DNA from: Akkermansia sp.
Lineage (GTDB): Bacteria; Verrucomicrobiota; Verrucomicrobiia; Verrucomicrobiales; Akkermansiaceae
DNA length: 64,000 bases
Assembly: GCA_024405415.1 (NCBI GenBank)
Contig: JAKSOV010000001.1
Span: forward strand, 16,685-80,684
Direction: 5' to 3'
In this document: positions 1 to 10,056 of the stretch, one piece after another
Layout: each line of letters opens with the position of its first letter
Position numbering within the stretch: the stretch's first letter is position 1
Notes under the pieces: model-generated
What the model was told of the DNA's origin: nothing
Seen by the model: the letters and a program-made list of their open reading frames with translations, nothing else
The model's database searches: none
Made by a program: the position numbers and the translations under genes

Positions 1-671
1 AGCTGCATCTGCGCTCCATCATCCACGAGCTGCTGTGGTTCCTGAAGGGCAGCACCAACATCAAGTACCTCCAAGACAACGGGGTGACGATTTGGGATGA
101 GTGGGCGGACGAAAACGGTGACCTCGGCCCCGTGTACGGCTCCCAATGGCGCGCGTGGCCGGACGGGCAGGGCGGCACCATCGACCAGATTGCCAAGCTG
201 GTGGACGGGTTGAAAAACAACCCGTGGAGCCGCCGCCACCTCGTCTCCGCATGGAATGTGGCGCAGGTGGACGGCATGGCGCTGCCCCCTTGCCACTGCC
301 TGTTCCAGTTCTGCGTCATCCCCGCGCAGAAGCCCGGGGAGAAACACGGCCTGAGCCTCCAGCTCTACCAGCGCAGCTGCGACCTCTTCCTCGGCGTGCC
401 CTTCAACATCGCCAGCTATGCGCTGCTGCTGCTCATGATGGCGCAGGTCTGCGGCTACGAGGCCCGCGAGTTCATCCACACCTACGGCGACCTGCACCTC
501 TATAAGAACCACCTCGACCAAGCCCGCCTGCAACTGACGCGCGACCCGCGCCCGCTGCCCACGATGAAGCTCAACCCCGCCGTGACGGAGATTGACGGAT
601 TTACCTTTGAGGATTTTGAGCTGGTCGGCTACGATCCGCACCCGCACATCAAAGCCGCTGTCTCCGTATGA
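1..671 (+). CDS. thyA: Thymidylate synthase, 5'-truncated by the window edge
   Basis: Frame 3 is open from the window edge ([16 protein letters not shown]...). ThyA motifs PPCHCLFQF and [16 protein letters not shown] are present. The stop overlaps the folA start (ATGA). Confidence 0.95.
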   Translation, partial: LHLRSIIHELLWFLKGSTNIKYLQDNGVTIWDEWADENGDLGPVYGSQWRAWPDGQGGTIDQIAKLVDGLKNNPWSRRHLVSAWNVAQVDGMALPPCHCLFQFCVIPAQKPGEKHGLSLQLYQRSCDLFLGVPFNIASYALLLLMMAQVCGYEAREFIHTYGDLHLYKNHLDQARLQLTRDPRPLPTMKLNPAVTEIDGFTFEDFELVGYDPHPHIKAAVSV

Positions 672-1141
672 CCCACCGTTTCACAGGCGTGGTGGCCATG
701 GCCGCCGACCGTGCCATCGGCCTGAACGGCACGATGCCGTGGCACTTGTCGGAGGACCTCAAACTCTTCAAACGCCTCACCATGGGGCACCCCGTGCTCA
801 TGGGGCGCAAGACATGGGATTCCCTCGGCAAATGGAAACCCCTGCCGGGCCGCCAGAACATCGTACTCACCCGCGATGCCTCCTTCGCGGCGGAGGGGGC
901 GACCGTCATCCGCGATCTCGCGGAGCTGGACTCGCTCGAGTTGCAGGACGAGGAAATCATGGTCATCGGCGGCGCTCAGATTTACGCCCTCCTGCTGCCG
1001 CGGATGAGCGCGCTGCATGTCTCGGAGGTGCAGGGGAGCTATGAGGCGGACACCTACTTCCCCGAGTTCGCGCCGCAGTTCGCCCGCCGCGAGGTGCTGG
1101 AGCACCTGACGGGCTTCGACCACGTGCTCTACACCAAGTGA
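668..1141 (+). CDS. folA: Dihydrofolate reductase
   Basis: 157 aa with the DHFR-type N-terminus [18 protein letters not shown]...[11 protein letters not shown]. Translationally coupled to thyA. Confidence 0.92.
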   Translation: MTHRFTGVVAMAADRAIGLNGTMPWHLSEDLKLFKRLTMGHPVLMGRKTWDSLGKWKPLPGRQNIVLTRDASFAAEGATVIRDLAELDSLELQDEEIMVIGGAQIYALLLPRMSALHVSEVQGSYEADTYFPEFAPQFARREVLEHLTGFDHVLYTK

Positions 1142-1163
1142 GCCGCCCCGCGGCAACCCGGCT

Positions 1164-1928
1164 ATGATGACCTCCCTCGCTACGGCAGATTTTGCGCGTT
1201 GGGGCGCGAGCCACATCGGCGCGCTCGTGCTGCTGATGCTCGCCGTGGCGGGGCTGGTGGCTGCGCGTAGGCTATCGGAGCAGGGGCGCACGCTGCTTTG
1301 CCGCGGGCTGGCGCTTTTTCTGCTGCTGTTGACTGCCGCGGAATACAGCTACCGCGCGCTGGACCCCGTGCCCGACCCCGTGGGCGAGTATCTGCCGCTG
1401 CACTACTGCGGCGTCATGGTGTTCGTGTCCGCCTATGCCCTGTGGAGCCGCTGCCCGTGGGCCTGCGCCATGGTGTACTACTCCGTCCTCACGGCTTGCA
1501 CGCAGGCTCTCATCACCCCCGCGCTCACGCTCGATTTCCCGCACCCGCGCTTTTGCTTCTTCTTTGCCTCCCACGGCGCGCTGCTGCTTGCCGCGCTGGC
1601 TCTGCCCCTGCTGCAAGGCTGGCGCACCCGCAAGTGGGACCCCCTCCTCACCCTCGGGCTGATGGACGTGTACATGCTCTGCGTCATCCCCGTCAACATG
1701 CTGCTCGGCACCAACTACGGCTTCACGCAGGAAGCCCCGCCCGGCAGCATCCTCTCCCACCTCGGCCCCGCGCCGTGGTACTACCTCGTCCTGCACCTCC
1801 CCGGGCTGGCCGTCTTTTGGGTGCTGTCGCGCTTTGTAAAAGTTGGAGGTTGGAGGTTGGAAGTTGGAAGTAACAAATTCGGCTCGCTTCGCCCGCGGAA
1901 AAAGCACAACGCAAAGCGTATGCGGTAG
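1164..1928 (+). CDS. Polytopic integral membrane protein (tentatively TIGR02206/YwaF-like)
   Basis: 254 aa with multiple hydrophobic helices and an LPLHYCG motif. The last ~30 codons (VKVGGWRLEVGSNK...) are encoded by the repeat element at 1838-2034. Confidence 0.6.
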   Translation: MMTSLATADFARWGASHIGALVLLMLAVAGLVAARRLSEQGRTLLCRGLALFLLLLTAAEYSYRALDPVPDPVGEYLPLHYCGVMVFVSAYALWSRCPWACAMVYYSVLTACTQALITPALTLDFPHPRFCFFFASHGALLLAALALPLLQGWRTRKWDPLLTLGLMDVYMLCVIPVNMLLGTNYGFTQEAPPGSILSHLGPAPWYYLVLHLPGLAVFWVLSRFVKVGGWRLEVGSNKFGSLRPRKKHNAKRMR

Positions 1929-2034
1929 TTTGAGCTAAAAGCTGTAGCCCGCGCTTTGCGTTGCGTTTTAACCTTGCGGCGTCGGCCGCACAAATTTCAA
2001 CACTTCCAACTTCCAACCTCCAACTTCCAACTTT
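1838..2034. repeat. Palindromic intergenic element with heptamer-repeat arms
   Basis: A 33 nt left arm (4 x [A/G]GTTGGA) at 1838-1870 is the reverse complement of 2002-2034 with 1 mismatch. The ~130 nt core has internal hairpins. Its inner ends (AAATTCGGC..., ...CCTTGCGGCG..GCCGCAC.AAAT) resemble those of the element at 63312-63509. Confidence 0.8.
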
Positions 2035-2112
2035 CCGCATACTTCCAGCCTAATTCAATGACTTTTCCCTTGAATGCACGCCCTGTTTGTGCTACTTTCT
2101 CCCCGTAACACT

Positions 2113-3513
2113 ATGAACATCACTCCTAAATTCACGCCCGTGCTGGATCCGGACTTCATTGCTCCGGTGCTTTGGACAAAGGCTTATGAAGAGAAGGTCG
2201 CCGCCACCCCCGGCTCCCACGACCTCGATATCGCCATGGTGCGCCCCGACGGCACCTGCTTCCGCTGGCACGGCGTTGTCCTCCCCCACGAGGGCGAGGA
2301 GAACATCGCGCTGAACATCACCTATGTGGAGCGCGTCGTCAAGTTCCTCATCTGGATGAAGGGCGGCAGCCGCCTCATCGTGGCGGGTGATGACAAGATT
2401 GCCGAGACCATCGGTCAGATTTACAGCAAGGACGGCGCCCGCGCCTTCGATTGGGACTGGACCTGCAAGGTGTATGACGAGCCCTTCGTGGTGAGCACGG
2501 TGGCCTCCGCCGCCGACCTGCCCGCCGAGAACAGCACCTCCGTGGCCCTCGGCCGCAACCTGGACGGTTACCGCATCGGCTTCGACCTCGGCGGTTCCGA
2601 CCGCAAGGCCGCCGCCGTGGTGAACGGCGAGGTCGTCTACTCCGAGGAGGTCGTCTGGAACCCCTACCACGAGAAGGACCCCCACTACCATCTGGAAGGT
2701 GTGGATGACTCCCTGCTTCGCGCCGCCAAGCACCTGCCCCAGGTGGACGCCATCGGCGGTTCCGCCGCCGGTGTGTACGTGAACAGCGAGCCCCGCGTGG
2801 CCTCCCTCTTCCGCGGCATCGACCCCGAGGACTTCAAGTCCGTCATCCGCCCCATGTTCGCCACGCTCAAGCAGCGTTGGAGCGAGCGCATGGGCAAGGA
2901 AGTTCCCTTTGAAGTCGTGAACGACGGCGAAGTGACCGCTCTCGCGGGCGCCATGAGCCTCAACGACTCCCAGGTGCTCGGCATCGCCATGGGCACCTCC
3001 CTCGCCGCCGGTTATGTGGACGGCGAAGGCCACATCATGCCCTGGCTCAATGAGCTGGCCTTCGTGCCCGTTGACTATCAGGCTGACGGCGGCGTGGACG
3101 AGTGGTCCGGCGACAAGGGTGTCGGCGCCATGTACTTCTCCCAGCAGGCCGTGGCCCGCCTCGCTCCCCGCGCGGGCTTCGACTTCGGCGATATGCCCTA
3201 TCCCGAGCAGCTGAAGAAGGTGCAGGCCGCCATGGAAGCCGGCGATGACCGCGCCCGCAAGATTTACGAGACCATCGGTGTCGAGTTCGGCTACACCATC
3301 GCCTACTTCGCCAAGAAGTTCTACGGCGTGCGCAACCTCCTCTTCCTTGGCCGCGTGGCCACGGGTGAGGGCGGTCAGATCATCATCGACAAGGCGGACG
3401 AAGTCATCAAGGCCGAGTTCCCCGAGCTGACCATCAACCTCTGCGTGCCCGATGAGAAGATGAAGCGCCACGGCCAGGCCGTTGCCGCCGCCTCGCTTCC
3501 CAAGATCGGCTAA
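2113..3513 (+). CDS. ROK/ASKHA-type sugar-kinase-like protein
   Basis: Motifs GFDLGGSDRKAAAVV, VVNDGEVTALAGA and LGIAMGTSLAAGYV fit the ROK/actin-fold ATPase pattern. The ATG at 2074 lies inside a TTGAAT -35-like box, so 2113 is preferred. Confidence 0.6.
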   Translation: MNITPKFTPVLDPDFIAPVLWTKAYEEKVAATPGSHDLDIAMVRPDGTCFRWHGVVLPHEGEENIALNITYVERVVKFLIWMKGGSRLIVAGDDKIAETIGQIYSKDGARAFDWDWTCKVYDEPFVVSTVASAADLPAENSTSVALGRNLDGYRIGFDLGGSDRKAAAVVNGEVVYSEEVVWNPYHEKDPHYHLEGVDDSLLRAAKHLPQVDAIGGSAAGVYVNSEPRVASLFRGIDPEDFKSVIRPMFATLKQRWSERMGKEVPFEVVNDGEVTALAGAMSLNDSQVLGIAMGTSLAAGYVDGEGHIMPWLNELAFVPVDYQADGGVDEWSGDKGVGAMYFSQQAVARLAPRAGFDFGDMPYPEQLKKVQAAMEAGDDRARKIYETIGVEFGYTIAYFAKKFYGVRNLLFLGRVATGEGGQIIIDKADEVIKAEFPELTINLCVPDEKMKRHGQAVAAASLPKIG

Positions 3514-3540
3514 GGCTGACAAGCACAACGCTTTCCCCCA

Positions 3541-3580
3541 CCGAGGACAGGTGCCCCGCACCTGCCCTCGGTTTTTTCTT
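3541..3580 (+). terminator. Rho-independent terminator after the ROK-like gene
   Basis: GC-rich hairpin CCGAGGACAGGTG-CCCC-GCACCTGCCCTCGG followed by TTTTTTCTT. Confidence 0.7.
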
Positions 3581-3592
3581 CGTCCTCCGTTC

Positions 3593-3621
3593 TTGCCGCC
3601 GCCCCCGCCTTGTGCTAGGAT
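3593..3621 (+). promoter_or_regulatory. Sigma-70-like promoter, leaderless configuration (GH36 gene)
   Basis: TTGCCG-17 nt-(TGc)TAGGAT, with the ATG at 3628 six nt after the -10 box. Confidence 0.5.
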
Positions 3622-3627
3622 GAGGCC

Positions 3628-5784
3628 ATGAGCGCTGCGTTCCACCTCCTTTCCGATTCCGTGCAGGTTTCTCTCCGCGTCACGGAGCAGGGGAAACTCA
3701 TGCTGAGCTACTTCGGGGCGCGGCTTGCGGAGGCGGATGAGGCCTTTGTGGCACCTGCCTGCGAGTGGCCTCTCGCGTCCACGGATTTCGACTCCCGCGG
3801 GCTGTGGGGCAATTACAGCGGGGAGTTCGCCTACCACCTCATCCTACCTGACGGCACGCTGGGCTGGGACCCGCATGTGGTGAGCGCCGAACAGGCAGGG
3901 GCAGGGGCGCTTTCTGCGGTGTTGGCCGACCCGCGCTATCCCGAGCTGGTGCTCTCCCTGCGCCTGACATTGAGCGCGGAGGGCGTGCTGACGCTTTCCC
4001 CCACGCTGCACAACGGCTCGGCGGGTGAGGTGACGATTCTGCGCGCGCTGTCTGCGGCGTTCCCGCTGCGGGCGGAGCAGGGGTATTATCTCACGAGCTT
4101 TCGCGGCGGCTGGGCGGGCGAAAATCTTTTTATGGAGGAAGCGCCTATCGCCCGCGGCTGCACCGTGTCCTGCGGCAGCACCACGGGCGTGAAATGCGCG
4201 CAGGAGGGCACGCCCGGCTTTGTGCTGGGGCTGGGGAACGCCGCGCAGGAGGAGGCGGGGAATGTGCTGCTCGGCGCGCTCGCGTGGAGCGGCAATTACA
4301 CGCTGAGTTTTAAACACAGCACCTACGGGCAGCTTTTCTGCGGTATGGGGCATGACTTTTCTCATGCGCCGCACCGCTTGGGGGCAGGGGAATCGCTCGT
4401 GCTGCCCGATGCCCTGCTGGTGTTCTCTGACTGCGGCAAGGGAGAGGCCTCACGCCGTCTGCACCGCCACTTGCGGGAGCGCGTCATCCCGCGCGGGCGG
4501 GAGACGCGCCGCATCCTGCTCAACAGCTGGGAGGGCGTGCATTTCGATGTGGATGAAGCGACGCTGCATGCCATGATGGAGCAGAGCGCGGACTTGGGCG
4601 TGGAGCTGTTTGTGCTCGATGACGGCTGGTTCGGCAAGCGCAAGGACGACACGTCTTCCCTCGGCGACTGGACCCCCGATGCCGACAAGCTGCCGCACGG
4701 GCTCGCCGCGCTCACGGAGCATGCGCAGCGCGTGGGAATCGACTTCGGCCTGTGGATGGAGCCTGAGATGATTTGCCCCGTCAGCGAGCTGTACGCCGCC
4801 CACCCCGAGCTGGCGCAAACCCTGCCCGGCATCACCCCGCGCGTGGAACGCCACCAGCTTGTGCTCGACCTCGCCAACCCCGCCGCCGACCCCGCGGGTC
4901 GCGTGAGCGCCGTGCTCGATACCGCTCCCGGCATTTCTTATGTGAAGTGGGATTGCAACCGCAAGATGAGCGACACGGGGTCCGCTTACCTCCCCGCCGA
5001 CCGCCAAGGCAATCTGTTTTTCGACTCCGTGCGCCGCTACTACGATGGCCTTGCCCGCCTGCGAAAGGAACACCCCGCTGTCACGCTGCAATGCTGCTCC
5101 GCGGGCGGCGGGCGGCTCGACCTCGGTGCCGCTGCTTACCACGAGGAATTCTGGCTCTCCGACAACACGGACGCGCACGACCGACTCCGCATGCAATGGG
5201 CGGCGACCCACTTCTTCCCCGCGAACGCCCTCGGCTGCCACGTCACCGCCAGCCCGAACCTCTACACGGGCCGCGAAACCTCCCTCAAATTCCGCTTCGA
5301 TGTCGCCCTCATGGGGCGCCTCGGGCTGGAGCTCGACCCCCGCACCCTCACGCCCACCGACCGCGCCGCCCTCCGCGAGCGCATTGCGCTGGCCAAGCGT
5401 CTCCGCCCCATCGTCCAACTCGGCGAGCTCTACCGCCTCGTCTCCCCCTTCACCTCGCCCGACTGCGCCGTCCTCTACCGTCACGGCAAGAGTGCCCTCG
5501 TCCTCGCCTACACCACCGACCGCGCCTACACCGACCAACAGACTACGATTCCCCTCCGCGGCCTGAATCCGCACGCCCGCTACCGCATCGAAGAACTCGC
5601 CCCCGATGAGACAGGTCGGCACTGCCTTCTCTCATCTGCCTCCTCCTTGTCACGCCGTAGCCTTGGCGAAGACGGATGCCCCGACACTCCCCTCTCCGGC
5701 TCCTACCTCCTCACCCGCGGTCTCCCCCTCCGCTGGACCCGCCCCCTCCAATCCTGCGTCCTGCTGCTCACGGAAGAAGCGTGA
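3628..5784 (+). CDS. Alpha-galactosidase, glycoside hydrolase family 36
   Basis: 718 aa with GH36 hallmarks LNSWEGVHFDVDE, FVLDDGWFGKRKDDTSSLGDW and YVKWDCNR. The C-terminal region carries the 31 nt dispersed motif (LSRRSLGEDG). Confidence 0.85.
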   Translation: MSAAFHLLSDSVQVSLRVTEQGKLMLSYFGARLAEADEAFVAPACEWPLASTDFDSRGLWGNYSGEFAYHLILPDGTLGWDPHVVSAEQAGAGALSAVLADPRYPELVLSLRLTLSAEGVLTLSPTLHNGSAGEVTILRALSAAFPLRAEQGYYLTSFRGGWAGENLFMEEAPIARGCTVSCGSTTGVKCAQEGTPGFVLGLGNAAQEEAGNVLLGALAWSGNYTLSFKHSTYGQLFCGMGHDFSHAPHRLGAGESLVLPDALLVFSDCGKGEASRRLHRHLRERVIPRGRETRRILLNSWEGVHFDVDEATLHAMMEQSADLGVELFVLDDGWFGKRKDDTSSLGDWTPDADKLPHGLAALTEHAQRVGIDFGLWMEPEMICPVSELYAAHPELAQTLPGITPRVERHQLVLDLANPAADPAGRVSAVLDTAPGISYVKWDCNRKMSDTGSAYLPADRQGNLFFDSVRRYYDGLARLRKEHPAVTLQCCSAGGGRLDLGAAAYHEEFWLSDNTDAHDRLRMQWAATHFFPANALGCHVTASPNLYTGRETSLKFRFDVALMGRLGLELDPRTLTPTDRAALRERIALAKRLRPIVQLGELYRLVSPFTSPDCAVLYRHGKSALVLAYTTDRAYTDQQTTIPLRGLNPHARYRIEELAPDETGRHCLLSSASSLSRRSLGEDGCPDTPLSGSYLLTRGLPLRWTRPLQSCVLLLTEEA

Positions 5785-5882
5785 CGCTTCACCCATGAGG
5801 ACCGTCCCTCATTCCGTACACTCTTTCCGAGCAAAAATAGCGGTGTATATACACCGTGATGTAATGAATGCCGGGGTGAGGT

Positions 5883-6272
5883 GTGCGTGATTTTCACCTC
5901 GCCGAAGAAGCCGCCGCTTTCATTGCCGACAATCTCGACATTCCCTTCACCACGGATGAGATGAACCGCTACATCCGCACCCACCACACGGAACATCCCG
6001 ACTTTGCCCAAACCATCCCCTCCTCCTTCGCTCGCCTCGTCGCCTACGACCGCGCACAAGCCGCCGAGTCCTCCCCCTTGTCACGCCGTAGCCTTGGCGA
6101 AGGCGGAGCCGCCGCTTACTACATCGCCGTCTTCCAACACTTCGGCTACGCTCTCATTTCCGCCGACGGCACCCGCTCCCTCTCCGAAATCGCCGCCTAC
6201 TCCGACTACATCAACGCGCTCCGCTCCTATCAAGGAAGTGCAACAGAAAATGCCCCCTCTGCTGAATCGTAG
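5883..6272 (+). CDS. Hypothetical protein (GTG start)
   Basis: 129 aa ORF with host-like GC-rich codon usage and no recognisable domain. It contains a second copy of the 31 nt motif (LSRRSLGEGG). Confidence 0.4.
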   Translation: MRDFHLAEEAAAFIADNLDIPFTTDEMNRYIRTHHTEHPDFAQTIPSSFARLVAYDRAQAAESSPLSRRSLGEGGAAAYYIAVFQHFGYALISADGTRSLSEIAAYSDYINALRSYQGSATENAPSAES

Positions 6273-6616
6273 GACACTAAACGCTACACAGACTGACAGC
6301 GTAAAAGGAACAAGCTCTTTTCGATTTTGTTTGCGCATTCCAACACATATGCGCGTCTCCTGAGAGCGCGCTCTTCTGCTTTTGTCGCCACACGCACTCC
6401 CTTAAACATGATGCCGGAACTGATTGGTCTCGTAACTTTAGCTCTTTTAGCAGTAGAGGGGTCTTTTATTTGCGAGCTAAATGCATCACTAGCGTTGAGA
6501 TTATAATTATTGATGTTTGTTTGTGATGCAATCTAATAATTATTATTTTTCTTGACTAGAAGAAATGGAGTTTTAAATTATTATGGATAAGTCTTTATGT
6601 CAGAAAGCTATTCAAT

Positions 6617-9229
6617 ATGGAGAAGAAAATAAATGTAAATTCTATTGCGAAATGGGTAATTGTTCCCCTTTTATTCATGCTGTTTTTTGTTTTTCTTCCT
6701 CTTGCAACTGATCGATTGGGAGAACTCATAATCGTATGGAAAAACTGCCTTTCATGCTTTACACCAAAAAGTGTCGATATCTTGACCATTATCATATCAG
6801 TCGTTATTTTGGAGATTGCTGTCTTATGTGTACATAGGCGATGGCTGTACTGTTTTTCAGTTATTCCAGTGATATGTGTGTGTGCTTTTTGGATTCTGTA
6901 TTACTCAGAAGATAAGCACTGGTTGCTATTTAGGAATTTTGCCGTTTATATTTTCATGGGGATGGGGGTAATCGTTTCTCTTCCCTTTTTTCATGAACGC
7001 GCGAGAAAACAAAAGGAAACTGATGAAAAAGTTGATGTGGGATATGGAAGAGTTGGAATATACAACGCTGGTATAGAACGCATTATTCGCTTGATTCTTA
7101 GAGCCAATGTTGGAAGGAGTATTGCTGTTTTTGGTACATGGGGAAGCGGTAAAACTCATTTTCTGAATTACCTAAAGTATCGATTAAGGGAACTCAACAA
7201 ACATAATGATGGTACTTGTCCGAAAATATCAGTAAAGCACATTAATCTGTGGCAATGCAACGATTTAGAAGATGCATGGAAGAGTATTGTCGACGGATTG
7301 CATGAGGCAATAAGAGGAAAAGCTCAGAGCCCATTCAGAATAGTAGCGCAAAGATTGCTACAGGTATTAAGTCGTTCAGAGATTTCAATTTTAGGCGTTA
7401 CTGGTGCATTAGATACTTTGGTTAATAAAAGAAATAACGCAGGCGTGGAGATTGCGGCTAATACATTAACTGAGAAGATGAATTATCCAACTAACGCAGC
7501 TGTCCTGATTATAGATGATGTTGAACGCGCAGATATCGACATAGTAAATGCCCTTCTTCCATTGTTGGAGAGATTACAAAAAATAAGTGGCTTGGTAGTG
7601 GTTTGTGCAATCGCCAGAGATGAATTGGAAATGCGCTATGAAAATGCAGGACTTTCATCGCAATTGCTACAGGGGTATATGGATAAATTATTTGAGCAGT
7701 CGATATGTTTGCCAACAATACCTAAGCTCCATGCTTCAATCGAGTTTAAAAGGGCAATCGAGAAAAATTATCCACAATGTAAGTTTTTATTGCAATTTTC
7801 GCAGAGGTATATCGTCCCTTTTGATACGCCTCGTCAGATGATGCGCGTTGTGGAACGATTGTCGTCTATAGAACTAGATTATATGACCGATTCGCTCATG
7901 AAAAATGAGACTATTTCATGCGTTTTCTACATGGAGATATTGCGATTACTTTATCTGGGGTTTCTTCAAGATAGTAGGTTCCTTAAACAATTAAAAGCTT
8001 TGCGGGATGTTATTAATGAAATAAAAAAATCAGATTTGTCAAATAATGATGATGAGTCGGTACATCCCGAGGAGCATGATAATAGACTATCCTCAATTAA
8101 TGTTTTTGATGAACTAATAGCTGAATACGCACCTGGTAGCCGATTATTGCCATCTATATGTAATTCTTTGGCGTATTTGGTTAATAGTAATTGCTATGAT
8201 GAATTGCTGAAGGCATATCACATGAGTTATACTAAAAAAGTTTCTTTGAGTGATGTGGAATTATCGCATGTCGTAAGCGAAGTCGCAAATGCACATTATT
8301 ATTCTCAAATTAGTACTTACTTGCATTCATATTGTACTTTTGAAACTAATGTAAACAATTTTTCGGAGGCAACAGCTTCGTTTTTGAAGATTGTACTCTC
8401 TCGCGCTTATGAGAGCACAAATTTCGCAAGATTGCTATATAATGTTGTCAAAATTGAAATGACGTTTAATGGTTCATGTCGTCACCTTATCAATAGAAAA
8501 GAATTTCTTCTTGATTTGATTATTACTAATATCAAGAGTGAAAGAGGTTCGGGGGTTCTAGAAAAATATTTTTTGCATGCGTTGGTATTGCTGTCTCGTA
8601 CTATGCCTTTACATGAATTATATAAATCCGTTGATCAACTATTGCTGTTTGAACTAAATGCTAGTGCATTTTTGACTGGTTTTTGGTATAGTTCCCACCA
8701 TGACGATTTAAAGAGGTTAAAAAAATCAAAGGCTACAGAATCCCTATATTCCCTATTTGCACGTAGAATTATACAAGATTACTCTGGGTATAATTCTATA
8801 CAGTTGTCAGAACTTGGAGATGTTAACATTATTCGCTTTTTTGAGAAGCATTCGTCGCAATTTTCTCCGGATGTGTATGAGAATGCCTATAAAAAGGCGC
8901 ATCAGGGGAATTTGGTGACGTTGTTTGAAAATTATTTTTGTGTAGTTTTAAATGATAATCAGACGCTTTATCCCAATACTATACGGATAGCAAATCTTAT
9001 GTTTATAAGTCAAGGGGCAAAAGAATTTTGGGCGAAATTAAATATTTCTCAGAAAAATAGGACAATAGATATTATTGCGAGACTTAGAGGAATAATCAAC
9101 CAGAGTACTAACTCTCAATTTAGGCAGCTTCTTTCTATTATTGAATTGGTTGGACAGTATGTAAAAGTAGCTAAAATTCGCAGAAATCCTAAAAATATAG
9201 GTGTCGCCGTATCGAATATTAAACGGTAA
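6617..9229 (+). CDS. KAP-family P-loop NTPase with four N-terminal transmembrane helices
   Basis: 870 aa, AT-rich. Four hydrophobic helices in the first ~120 aa. Walker A AVFGTWGSGKTHFLNYL and Walker B VLIIDDVERAD, followed by a long helical C-terminal region. Confidence 0.8.
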   Translation: MEKKINVNSIAKWVIVPLLFMLFFVFLPLATDRLGELIIVWKNCLSCFTPKSVDILTIIISVVILEIAVLCVHRRWLYCFSVIPVICVCAFWILYYSEDKHWLLFRNFAVYIFMGMGVIVSLPFFHERARKQKETDEKVDVGYGRVGIYNAGIERIIRLILRANVGRSIAVFGTWGSGKTHFLNYLKYRLRELNKHNDGTCPKISVKHINLWQCNDLEDAWKSIVDGLHEAIRGKAQSPFRIVAQRLLQVLSRSEISILGVTGALDTLVNKRNNAGVEIAANTLTEKMNYPTNAAVLIIDDVERADIDIVNALLPLLERLQKISGLVVVCAIARDELEMRYENAGLSSQLLQGYMDKLFEQSICLPTIPKLHASIEFKRAIEKNYPQCKFLLQFSQRYIVPFDTPRQMMRVVERLSSIELDYMTDSLMKNETISCVFYMEILRLLYLGFLQDSRFLKQLKALRDVINEIKKSDLSNNDDESVHPEEHDNRLSSINVFDELIAEYAPGSRLLPSICNSLAYLVNSNCYDELLKAYHMSYTKKVSLSDVELSHVVSEVANAHYYSQISTYLHSYCTFETNVNNFSEATASFLKIVLSRAYESTNFARLLYNVVKIEMTFNGSCRHLINRKEFLLDLIITNIKSERGSGVLEKYFLHALVLLSRTMPLHELYKSVDQLLLFELNASAFLTGFWYSSHHDDLKRLKKSKATESLYSLFARRIIQDYSGYNSIQLSELGDVNIIRFFEKHSSQFSPDVYENAYKKAHQGNLVTLFENYFCVVLNDNQTLYPNTIRIANLMFISQGAKEFWAKLNISQKNRTIDIIARLRGIINQSTNSQFRQLLSIIELVGQYVKVAKIRRNPKNIGVAVSNIKR

Positions 9230-9456
9230 TATAATGTGTATGACTATCATCTGTACATTATAGTTTGCATTTCTAACAAATGCGAGCTTTCATGACTGCG
9301 TATGTTTCCTGCTATGTTGCACTTGTTGCGAGTACTAATGAATCTGTGCTGTGGTTCAGGAACTCCCTGCCGTTTGCGCTTTAGCTAAGGCTGGTACTAA
9401 AGTGGGGCATCTCCACCATGAGTGTAGGTGTGACACGGCGGGTGTGTGCTTGTTCA

Positions 9457-10038
9457 TCAGCCCTCGGCGTAGGAATAGCGGATTTGCAGGGGAAGATTGA
9501 ACACGATGCGTCCATCCTCCAGCAGATGAAGTTTGTCGCAGTCGTAGCGAGAAGTAGACGGGTGTTCGAAATAAGTGTGATGGTACAAATAGTCGCGCAG
9601 TTGGGTGCGTTGGTAGGGCTGAAAGGTGTGTTCTCTGATGCGGAAATGTGGAGGAATGGTGATGTCTCCATCCCATGCTTCGTGCGGAGTCATGCCGAGG
9701 GCTAGGGCTTCAAGAAAACGCTGGATTTTGAGTCGGTAGCGCGTGCCGATGCGGAGCGGGTCGGCAGCGGTCAATTCTTCGCAGAGCTCATCCGTCTTAC
9801 AGGTGCAGCCATGATGACGAACAAGAAGTAGCATCTCCGCGAGGACGGCGGGCATGATTTCATCCACATTGAGCAGATTTTCTTTGAATGGCTGCGGAAC
9901 ATCGACCCAAACAAATTTATCGTTCCTCACTTCGTAGGTGAAGCTTGTCTGCGGGGAAGCAGGGAGAAGAATCGTAGACATAGAAAGGGCAGGGGCTCGG
10001 TGTGGTATACCGGACTCCTGCCCGCCTGTCAACAGCAA
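9457..10038 (-). CDS. Hypothetical protein
   Basis: 193 aa ORF of intermediate GC (a likelier start is MSTILLP at 9981). By eye it weakly resembles the 10423-10791 product (DPLRIG..YRLKIQRFLEALALG vs DPLHLG..YFYKMRCLLRAYFLG). Confidence 0.45.
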   Translation of the reverse strand: MLLTGGQESGIPHRAPALSMSTILLPASPQTSFTYEVRNDKFVWVDVPQPFKENLLNVDEIMPAVLAEMLLLVRHHGCTCKTDELCEELTAADPLRIGTRYRLKIQRFLEALALGMTPHEAWDGDITIPPHFRIREHTFQPYQRTQLRDYLYHHTYFEHPSTSRYDCDKLHLLEDGRIVFNLPLQIRYSYAEG

Positions 10039-10056
10039 TGACTGCCGATGTTGGGT

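Noticed and set aside
2092-3837. Very long ORFs antisense to, or out of frame with, clear genes. Examples: 2092-3837(-), 12260-13954(+), 15423-17396(+), 22933-23928(+), 40786-43224(+), 50509-52422(+), 55210-56940(-).
   Set aside because: They overlap well-supported conserved genes (ROK-like, groEL, dnaK, recN, acnA, parE, dxs). Their translations are low-complexity Gly/Ala/Arg/His/Val-rich. This is the usual stop-codon depletion artefact of GC-rich DNA.
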